DNA from: Flaccisagitta enflata | Lineage: Eukaryota | Assembly: GCA_965153355.1 (NCBI GenBank) | Contig: OZ231126.1 | Span: 48,484,001-48,548,000, forward strand | Length of the DNA stretch: 64,000 bases | Direction: 5' to 3' | Shown here: in pieces, positions 50,452 through 64,000 of the stretch | How positions within the stretch are numbered: position 1 is the first letter of the stretch | How the letters are laid out: each line of letters opens with the position of its first letter | Made by a program: the position numbers and the translations under genes | Notes under the pieces: generated by a model | Databases searched by the model: none | Told to the model about the DNA's origin: nothing | What the model saw: the letters and a program-made list of their open reading frames with translations, nothing else

Positions 50452-51988
50452 CATGTAGTAACATATCCTACAGAACTTACAGAAGCAATGATATTATAGT
50501 GAGAGGGGTAGTCAAAATCGCTAGCACCCCTACCTGCAGCTTAGATGTTCAATACTACATAGGCATCAAAGGTGGTAGCCAGTAGCTTATCCCAATACTT
50601 TTACCGCCATCAAGGCGATTTCTCGTATTCATCATAGTTTTCAAGTTACAGGCTTTTAATGGGTGAAAATCAGCCATTTTTGGAAGTGTTGGATTTTGCC
50701 CTTTTATGACCAATATATCAAGAATTAAATGGAAATTCAAAAATCGCCTCGATGACGGGAATTGTATTGGGATTAGTTAAATTTTGTACAATCAAGGTAG
50801 AAAAGTTTGTAGGCGGGTGTCTTTGGCCCTTTTACTCTCTTTTTCACCCTTTATCAGTCAATGCTGCAGAGTAAAAAAGATAAATACCTTAAAAACAGTT
50901 CGAAAATGCTATTTTCACAGCATTTTACAGCATAAAAAGATAATGAATTTTAACAATCAAGTTAGAAAATTTTGAAGGCGAGTGTCTTTGGCCCTTTTAC
51001 TCCCTTTTTGACCCTTTATGAATTAATGTTGTAGAGGAAAACAGATAAATACCTTACAAACAGTTTAAAAATGCTATTTTTACAGCATTTCCACAGCATT
51101 TTACAGCATAAATTGATAAAATATTTCAACAATTAAGGTAGAAAGTTCTGTAGGCGAGTGTCTGTGGCCCTTTTACCCCTTTTTGACCGTTTCTAAGTAA
51201 ATGCTGCAGAGGAAAACAAAGAAATACCTTAAAAACAGTTCAAAAATGCTATTTTTGCAGCATTTCCACAGCATTCTATAGCATAAAATGATGATAAGTT
51301 TTAACAATAAAGGTAGAAAATTTTGTAGGTGAGTGTCTTTGGCCCTTTTGCTCCCTTTTTGACCCTTTATAAGTTAATGCTGCAGAGGAAAAATGAGAAA
51401 TACCTTAAAAACAGTTAAAAATGCTGTTTTTACAGCATTTCCACAGCATTTTACAGCACTCAATAAAAAATTTTCATGTTGAGGGTTTATATTTTGCTAC
51501 GAAATAATAAATTAAGCATTCCCAAAGACAAATCCATCGGCTTTTTAGACTAGATATTTCATTTGGGCCGTCCAAAGCCTCGAAGTTGCGTGGCTCCAAG
51601 AAAACCCGACGGAGCTATGAGAAATGTGTTCACACTTTAGGGCATGTTATCACAAAAATGCTCATATCTCCGGAACGCTTAGAGCTATGGTCTTGAAATT
51701 TTAGAGGTAAACGCAGAATTTAATGCTCTTTCAGACCATTCCACATGGCGGGCACCCTTGTATCATGTGATTGGTCAAATTACCGTGACACACAGTGTGA
51801 CATGAGCGTGACGGGGTGTGAACACATTTCTCATAGCACACTCAAAATTTTATATCTCCGGTCTGATAAATAGGAAAGTCATGAAATTTGGCATGAACAC
51901 CCTCAAATGACTCTATTAAACGGGCAAAAAAGAAAAAGTTTTGAAAACCAACGCAAAGTGCCTTATTTATTTGGTATAGTCAATTTTT

Positions 51989-53022
51989 GTCCGCGACGGA
52001 ATATCATTCCGACGCGGACTATAATTCAAGGCGGGTGGGTGTCGTCGTCGTTGTCGTTGTCGTTGTCGTCGTCGTCGTCGTCCCGGATTTTAAAAAATGG
52101 ATAACTTTTTTATGCTTTGACCAATTTGGTTCATATTTGGTGGGAAGTTGTACTAGGGTAAGGCGCTTTACATCCTATCCGATTTTTGTGATCCGACCAA
52201 CCCAACCGGCCCAACCAGCCTACCGGCCTAAAAGTGAAAAACGTGCATAACTTTGGCATTTTTCAACCAATTTAGCTGAAATTTGGTATGGAGTCTCTAA
52301 ATGGAAGGCCTCAACATATGTATATGATTTATATGCATTTGAGCATGCTAACCGGCCAAACCGACCTACCACCCAACCAGCCAACCCGCCTAAAAGTGAA
52401 AAACTTGCATAACTTTGTCATTTTTCAACTGATTTGGTTGAAACTTGGTATGGAGTCTCTAAATGGAAGAACTCAACATATGCACACTATTTATCCTGTC
52501 AAACCAGCCTACCACCCAACCAGCCTACAGCCTAAAAGTGAAAAATGCGTATAACTTTGGCATTTTTCAACCAATTTGGTTAAAATTTAGTATGGAGTCT
52601 CTAAATGGAAGGACTCAACACATGTATGTGATTTATTTATGTTTGAGCATGATAACCGGCCAAACCGTCCTACCACCCAACCAGCTTACCGGCCTAAAAG
52701 TGAAAAACTTGCATAAATTGGACATTTTTCAACCAATTTGGTTGAAACTTGGCATGGGGTCTCTAAATGGAAGAACTCAACATATGCACACTATTAAACC
52801 AAACCAGCCTACCACCCAACCACCCTACTAGCCTAAGAGTGAAAAATGTGCATAACTTTGCTATTTTTCAACGGATTTGCATGAAACTTTGTATGGAGGC
52901 TTTAAATGTAAAGACTTATAGTTTTAGGGAACTTACAGGGTTAGCGATCTTTTGGTCATAGCGATCTTATGGAATTGGTGATCTTTAACCCCCCTCCGTC
53001 GCGGACCCAGATACTGTTCAGA
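51989..53022 (+). mobile_element. Non-autonomous Helentron/DINE-1-like element, present only in duplicate copy 2
   Basis: 5' subTIR gtccgcgacgga (51989-52000) with an adjacent partial inverted repeat (52008-52019), a (GTC)n microsatellite and internal ~150-bp tandem repeats. The 3' subTIR tccgtcgcggac (52995-53006) is followed by a short hairpin cagatactg. Inserted in a T-run; the empty site caattttttgaa is at ~47219-47230. Confidence 0.85.
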
Positions 53023-53858
53023 TTTTTTGAATAAAAACGTCAAAATGAGTAATAAAGAATTACAACGAAAATTGTAAATTTACTATTTCAAAAACTGACC
53101 ATTCAATGTGAGATTTTAGATGCTTTGAACCACCACCAGGACAAATGAAAATGACCCTTTTTTTGTAATCTTTTTTGTTTTCTGTTATCTTTTACCCCTA
53201 TGAAAGTCAGCGTGACCTACGTGAGACATATAAAAATCAGTAAAATTAGCCCTTTTTTGGGCCATAGAGCCTCATAATATGTCCCAACCAGAGACACAAA
53301 GTTGTTCCTTAGGTACGACCTGATATCCCTGAACAGTTAATGGCACTTTTCTCACAAAAATTTTTTGGTAAGGATACTCGATATACCATCTAATCCGGGT
53401 ATCTCCCTGGCCCGGTGAATCCTGAATCATACCTATATTACTACATAAATAAGCTAATATCTCCTAAACCAGACTTCAGATTTAATTCGAATTTTGCAGA
53501 AGTTGTTTATTTACTACCCTCTACTTGTATACCAAATTAAAAAAAAATTCATAAACTTTTACTACCCTCTACCCTCTACCTATGTAAGTCCCAGTTAAAT
53601 ATTACTACAAAAATAATAGGCAAAGGTTTGTAAAAGTTTATGAATTTTTCTGAAAATTGGTACACAAGCTCCCATTGACATAAAAATACCACTGGTAAAG
53701 TTTCATGAACATCTGAAGTCCGGTTCAAAAGATATGAGAAGGTTTTAAACGAACGAACAAACAACAGACAACGCATCACTGCTATCACATAGTCACCGAC
53801 GAAAACTGTTCGTCGGGGACAAAAAAAAACAGGGAAAAGTCATGGCGCTTCTTCTCAG

Positions 53859-55580
<1,722 letters not shown>

Positions 55581-56276
55581 ATGTAGTCCATCGCTTGAAT
55601 GACGCGATTCGGATGACAATCTCAATACATCGAGGTGCAAATAAAGATGAAATTTCGGTTTCAGTCTCTTTTCATAACTATATTTATAACTATTTTATGA
55701 TTTTATTAATGAAATTTGTAATTTTGAAGTTTGATATTATTTTATTAGAAAAAGAAACCCTAGTATGATAAAGGCATAGCTTTGTTTTATTGACAAAGAC
55801 AAGAAAGAATCACTGGAAATAATAGATTTCTTAAAGATAGTAGAACAAAAATTCAAAACCTGCAAAGGGAAGATTCCAAGACTTGAACAAATTGAACAAT
55901 TTTGCATTTCTAAGAACATGGCCCTCATCTTATATGTTCTTAGAATGAGGCCATGTTTTTGCAGATGCAAAATTTTGCATATAGAGAGAGTCTTAGAATT
56001 TTCCCTAAGACAAGTCAAGTTGCAAAACTAAATTTTTTTTAGATTTCCTTCTTTTTTTTCCTCTTTTTACTTGCTCAGCACTTTTTTTTTTTATCTACAA
56101 ATGATTTTCTATGCAACACTAAAAACAATATCACATAACAATTATACTTTTTGATGAAAAAAGTCTAAATTTGTCAAATTTAGAATATCAAAAAAAATGT
56201 TTTGACTCTTCTAATTTGGTCTTCGTTTGCACCTCGACATACATGTAGTAACATATCCTACAGAACTTACAGAAGC

Positions 56277-56666
56277 AATGATATTATAGTGAGAGGGGTA
56301 GTCAAAATCGCTAGCACCCCTACCTGCAGCTTAGATGTTCAATACCACATAGGCATCAAAGGTGGTAGCCAGTAGCTTATCCCAATACTTTTCCCGCCAT
56401 CGAGGCGATTTCTCGTATTCATCATAGTTTTCAAGTTACAGGCTTTTAATGGGTGAAAATCAGCCATTTTTGGAAGTGTTGGATTTTGCCCTTTTATGAC
56501 CAATATATCAAGAATTAAATGGAAATTCAAAAATCGCCTCGATGACGGGAATTGTATTGGGATTAGTTTTTGACTGTTACCTCAGTTGCCCATGTGGCGT
56601 CTTCCATTTGAGCTGTGGGTAGGGGTGCTAGCGATTTTGCTGCCCCTCTCATTGTAATATCATTGG
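56277..56666. mobile_element. MITE, complete copy; its left part is duplicated and truncated at ~50487-50778
   Basis: caatgatattatagtgagaggggtag...aaaatcgctagcacccctacc / ggtaggggtgctagcgattttgctgcccctctcattgtaatatcattg. Confidence 0.8.
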
Positions 56667-57147
56667 ATCTGTAGATAATTTCGCCTCGTCTACCATGATT
56701 CACTGGTTGGTGAAACATGAAGAGGTGAAAATGATATTTAACTAATTGATGGATCTAAATCATCCTTGGTGCTCAATTTTTCATCATTCTCATAATGGGC
56801 CAAATTCCCCTGAACCGTTCATACTTAACTTTTCCTCCTGCTTGTTTCCCTTTTGTTTCTTTCTCTATTCTTTCGTTCTTAGTTTTTTCCTGCTTCTTTC
56901 TTTCTTCTTCTTTCCTTCCTTCTTTCCTTCTTTCCGTCTGTCACTCTTTCTTTCCTACTTTGTTTTTTACTTACCTTTAATTTTTTTCTGTCTTTCGTTC
57001 TTTCTTTTGTCCTTTCTTTCTCTCGTTCTTCCCTGCAGTCATTTATTCTTTCTTCTTAGCTTTCGCATTTATGTACTTCTTTCATTCTCCCTTTGTCTTC
57101 CTCTGGTTCCTTTTTTACTTTTTCACCTCTTGTTACCGTGTCTGTTC

Positions 57148-57231
<84 letters not shown>

Positions 57232-57502
57232 CTCTCTAGATCTCATTAATTATTTTATTCATTCATTTATTCATTCACCTTAATGGAAAGAAATTTTTTA
57301 TCGGTCTTTTGAGAATTAAGTCTTATAGTCTTTTGGTCTATGGGTCTATGGTTTTTTAGGTCTCTTAGTCATTAAGTCATAATATTATTAACTCATTCGT
57401 CATGCGGTCATCTGCAATAAAAGTCAAAATAAATAAAAGTGTTAATATTGTTGATATTTGATTTACGTGACTGGTAAGTGTTGGCGTTGTTTAAAGTGAC
57501 AG

Positions 57503-59160
57503 ATGAAATTCTGCGAGTTGATCGACGGTGGCCTCGCCACGACTCTGATTCGAAATGGACAAACTTTGATCAGCGACGACCCATTATGGAGTGCCAGGTT
57601 GCTGCACAGTGATCCTAGAAGTATTTATCACGCTCATAAACAATTTAGCGACAGCGGCGCATCAATTCTCATCTCTGCTTCTTATCAAGCCAGTATCGCG
57701 GGGTTTAAAGATCACTTAGGCATCGACGCAGAGGAAGGTTAGGAGAAAACTTAAATTGAAACTGAAACCAAACTAGTACTGTTTTCGTTTTCGGTGAGGT
57801 CTTTTGTTTTACTGACTTTCTAAGCGGGTTTTTATTTAGGGTTAGGGGTAGGGTTAAGGGAGGGGTTGGGGGCGGTTTTAGGGTTAGGGCCAGGGTTAGG
57901 GCTAGGTGAGGGCTACATTTCAACCCGGATTTACTCAAATTAAAGCTTCGCCCAAGCGGGAAAACCCAAAAGAAAACAAAAGATCTGAATCATCTTAGGA
58001 AAAATTTCCATAAAAACCTTTATTTTGAATTATTCATTTGAACATCTCCTGTTTATTTTATTCATTCAATCATCGTGATCTAACATTTTGCCATGTATCC
58101 CATCTCAGGGGTCATTTGCCTTGTGCTGGAATGACCTCACATTTGGCATGGCACCCATACGTGCATGAAAACTGCATGATTTGCCTCAAAGCCAAACCAA
58201 TTTATACATTCATTCACTCACTCGTTCATTCAGCTTTCAGTTTGGTCGGTTCTTCCGTGGACATTGCACGCGAAGCCTCAATTGACTCTTCGAAAGAGCA
58301 AAGGCAACTGCACGATGACTGTCGAGAGAGTTGTCCATTTAGTGGTGGTCGGGCGAGTTTGATTGCTGGGTCGGTCGGTCCATATGGGGCTTGTCTCCAC
58401 GATGGGTCTGAGTACACGGGATCGTACGTGGACACGCTCTCCGTGGAACAGCTCAAAGAATGGCATAGGTAAGGGGTGTATATTATTGAGTGGCTTTTGA
58501 TTTTTTCCCCCCTTGCCTTTGATTTTCTTCCTAGCGACGCGTCGCGTCGCGTTTTTATATCTATGATTTTCTTCCCCATATAGCAATAAAACAATGTAGT
58601 TAAGGTTTAAATAGTGTTAAATTGTGTTTTACTAATTGTGTTTTATGATTTGGTACTGTCAAAAGTTATATTTTCCCCAAATTTCCTTTTTTTCTCTTTT
58701 TTCCCCCTTTGATTTCCTTCCCCATCTCCAGACCCTTTGATTGGGGGGAGGGGGAAAACTCAATAATATACAGGCCTGGGTAAGTGTCAATGACAGTCAG
58801 CTTAAAGTGTGTTTCGAGGAGATATTTGTTCGTTATTGTTGCTCTTTGCTTTTGTTATGATAAATAGAAATGAGTTTCAAAAGACCTTTGAAACATGATG
58901 TGAAAAAAGAAAAATGAAAAAATATATGAACAAGAATGAAAGACAAAGTTAAATCTTGGTAAGGGCCACGGTCACCCTGTGGAAACATTGAGAATGAGGA
59001 AATATTGACCGTTAATGAGGAGAAATTGGGATAGAAAATAACTGGCCAACAGTTAGTCTCTTATGATTAGAAATGTACGGAGTGGGTAAAAAAAATGGAG
59101 CAAATGAAACTATGAAAGAGAGAAGGGAAAAAAATTTGTCTAAAATAATTGAAAAACTAA

Positions 59161-59213
<53 letters not shown>

Positions 59214-60869
59214 AAAAAGGTAAGAGGGAAAGAAAGAAGGGATCAAGGATAGATAAAGAGATGTAAGGATGGAAAAAGAAAGGGTGAAGGAAGTTAGACT
59301 TAAGGAGTAGGATTAGGAAGTAGGACACAGAAAGAAAGACAAAGAAATGCATGCAAACGGAGTGGATAAACAAATGGATCAAATGAAAGCGAGAAGGGGA
59401 AAAAACTGAGGCAAAAATAACTGAAAAAGAAAGAAAAAAGAAAGAAAGAAAGAATGAATGAATGAATGAAAGAATGAAAGAAAGAAAAGATAACGAAAGA
59501 AAGAAAAAGGTAAGAAAGAAGGGAAGAAGGAAAGAAAGTAGGGAAGAAGGAAAGAAAGAAGGGAAGAACGATAGATAAAGAGACGGAAGAATGGAAACAA
59601 GGCCGGATACACGGCCATCAGTTGCGGACGGGTGGGCAGGGGCGGAAATGCAACTGTCCGCGACTACAAATGTTTTAAAACGCTCATTTCCTCACTTTTC
59701 GACTCGTGTCCACGGACCGACCGATGGACCGACGGACCGATGGACCGATGGACGGACAAAGCCTCTTATAGAGTTGCATGTCCGCAACTAAAAAGGGGTG
59801 AAGGAAGTTGGACTTAAGGAGCAGGAAGTAGGGCATGAGTAGCAAGTAGGTCATGAGTAGGAAGTAGGACAAAGAAAGAAAGAAAAAAAGGGAAAGAAAG
59901 AAATAAACAAGCCCGACCGGGCAACGATGTGTCCTGACTGTGTATCTACGTATCATTGAATGACTATGGCGGTAGACATATGAGATATATGGAGGGATAG
60001 GTGGACAGACAGACATAGAAAAACTGGGCCATACGATCTAAAGAGGCTTTCCATGCCCCCATCATCTTAAAGAGTGTGCCGTTTGGTACAAGACATCATC
60101 GGGGCTGAAAAGAACTGGAAACTGCTATTTTCTAGGCTTAACAGACGGAAATACGGACCGACGGACGGTCCAACGGACAGACCCTCTTACAGAGACGCGT
60201 TCCTGACAGGTGCATCTTTATAGGAAAGAAAGAAACACAGACGAACGGAGAGGTCACCACGCGGACTCTCTAATCGTTTTCTATCTCGCTGACAGACCGC
60301 GCATGAAGGCGTTGAGGCAACGCGATTGCGACCTCTTTGCCATCGAAACAATTCCATCGTTGAAGGAAGCCGACGCCGTGCTTCAAACGCTGAAAGAACA
60401 TCCGTCTACCAAAGCTTGGGTGACATTTTCTTGTCAAGACGGCCACTCGTACAAAGTTTCCTCCAAAGACGATGTGTTGAAAACCGCTTACGGCGACTCG
60501 TGGGCAGATTCCGTAATTACGTTGAGCGAAAAGTACGGACGTGACGGACTGATGGGGGTTGGGATCAACTGCACGCGTCCTTCGTCGATAATTCCGCTTC
60601 TCGACTCGTTGAAAAGTCACGCGAAATTCTCACGTCTCGACCCGGATATGAAAATCATCCTTTACCCTAACAGCGGCGAGAATTGGAGCCCCGAGAAAGG
60701 ATATTACCGATCGGGTGATCAGTTTCGACCGTTTAAGGATTTTTGCCTCGAGTGGTTGAGATACGAGTTGGGAGAACGAGATGCGTGGGTTGGAGGCTGT
60801 TGTCAAGTGTTTCCCTCGGACGTAGCGTCTTTGCATCAACTGTGTTATAGAGACGTAGGCGCGGGATGA
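57503..60869 (+). CDS. Homocysteine S-methyltransferase (HMT/MmuM-like, Zn-dependent), 3 exons, ~347 aa
   Basis: Exons 57503-57737, 58234-58468, 60296-60869 (1044 nt, phases consistent). Motifs [51 protein letters not shown] and GGCC (Zn-ligand cysteines). Confidence 0.93.
58472..58778. mobile_element. hAT-type MITE (family M1), copy 3, inserted at the HMT exon-2 splice donor
   Basis: aggggtgtatattattgagtggcttttga ... ctcaataatatacaggcctg, homologous to 19758-20080; ggtaag is present on both sides. Confidence 0.8.
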
Positions 60870-61253
60870 TGGTGATACGTGTCGAGTTTTTTTTTCAATT
60901 TTAGACGAGGACCTAGTTTCATTTTTTTTTTCTCCTCTTAACTGAAACCTGGTTACAATCATACAATACCAACAGAATGAAGGAAAAGATTAAGCTTATT
61001 GAGACGGATAAGGTAACCGGAAAAACACCAACGACTTGAACAAGGCCTAATCCAACGTAAAACAAAAGAGCATGAAGCTAAAGACCAGGATTTGCGCAGC
61101 TCAGGTTCCATTAAACAAAACCTGTTCTGACTGAGAATTAGAGAAACCTGTAATGGATGAGCTCTTGCCCAGTCTCCCATAATTCTGCTTGATTTCTCAT
61201 ATCAACATTCAACGTAAAATCCTTGAACTTTTGCCTATTCCATCATTAAAATC

Positions 61254-63110
<1,857 letters not shown>

Positions 63111-63345
63111 GTGAGCTAGTCTGGATGTTTGTAATGGAAATCACTGGTGAATGATCTGTTAGTTAGACAGCTGCTGGAAATAATGAAAGATTGGGAGAGG
63201 AGGCAAGCAGAACCAGATTAGTTAGAGACAACGATGTATGGCAAGGGACTTCAGGGACATCACGCGACGTCCCTTCTGTAGGGCTTGACAGTTTGTCGGG
63301 CTTGAAAATGTGTGGCGAACAAATTTTGAAGGAAGGAAAAAAAAG

Positions 63346-63523
<178 letters not shown>

Positions 63524-64000
63524 GAGAGAGAGACAGAGAGACAGAGAGACAGAGAGACAGACTGAAAGATAAACACAACAGAAAAACTTTATTGCATCAA
63601 AGCCTATGGGGGAAATAATGAATGAGTTCGAAAAACGAAATGAGGCAAGGGCTTGATTGATATGTGATGATGATTAGTATCTTTTGCCCCCACCAACTAT
63701 AGTTTTTATAGATTTTTTTTTTTTTTTGCACAGTTCATTAAATTGTATGAATCAATTGAAAACAGATCTATTTGATAAAGAAATAACCATCTAGATGAGA
63801 ATCACTCATTAATTTGTTTTTTTTTTGCTAGTATTGGCTTAAATTAGGGTGGTAAGGAATTGGGTCAAATTTCATTTATTGATATACTTTGGCCCTTTGC
63901 ACAAATATCCAATAAAATAAGATTTTCTCACAAGTTGGGGTGTGAAATCAAACAGAAAACCTTGTTGGCAAAACCATAGGCTTACTATGGGGACTTGTTT

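Noticed and set aside
51907-52961. Transposase or other protein in the 1-kb insertion
   Set aside because: Short ORFs derive from internal tandem repeats; no DDE, Rep or helicase motifs.
57503-60869. Bacterial contamination or recent horizontal transfer of an mmuM-like gene
   Set aside because: The gene has two spliceosomal introns containing host repeats, and HMT-family genes are widespread in animals.

Overview
Eukaryotic DNA, probably from an invertebrate animal. It is AT-rich, has GT-AG introns and is packed with microsatellites and non-autonomous DNA transposons. Six protein-coding genes can be assembled by hand, all on the + strand: (1) the last exon of an unidentified Ser/Gly-rich protein (1602-2543); (2) a 5-exon HAD-IIA phosphoglycolate/pyridoxal-phosphate phosphatase (3212-9888); (3) a 14-exon, ~724-aa seven-transmembrane protein (10239-35921), only fragmentarily visible in the ORF track, whose architecture fits the gustatory-receptor-like / 7TM ion-channel superfamily; (4) an SDR16C-type retinol dehydrogenase (37127-49793) whose last two exons are tandemly duplicated (46017-50778 / 50779-56568); (5) a 3-exon homocysteine S-methyltransferase (57503-60869); (6) the 5' part of a PM20D1-like M20 peptidase (61254 to beyond the window). 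Introns contain hAT-type, Tc1/mariner-type and foldback MITEs plus several Helentron/DINE-1-like families. One Helentron-like element is present in one duplicate copy and absent from the other. No autonomous transposase, rRNA, tRNA or CRISPR array was found. All gene models are manual reconstructions from splice signals and frame continuity; no searches were run.
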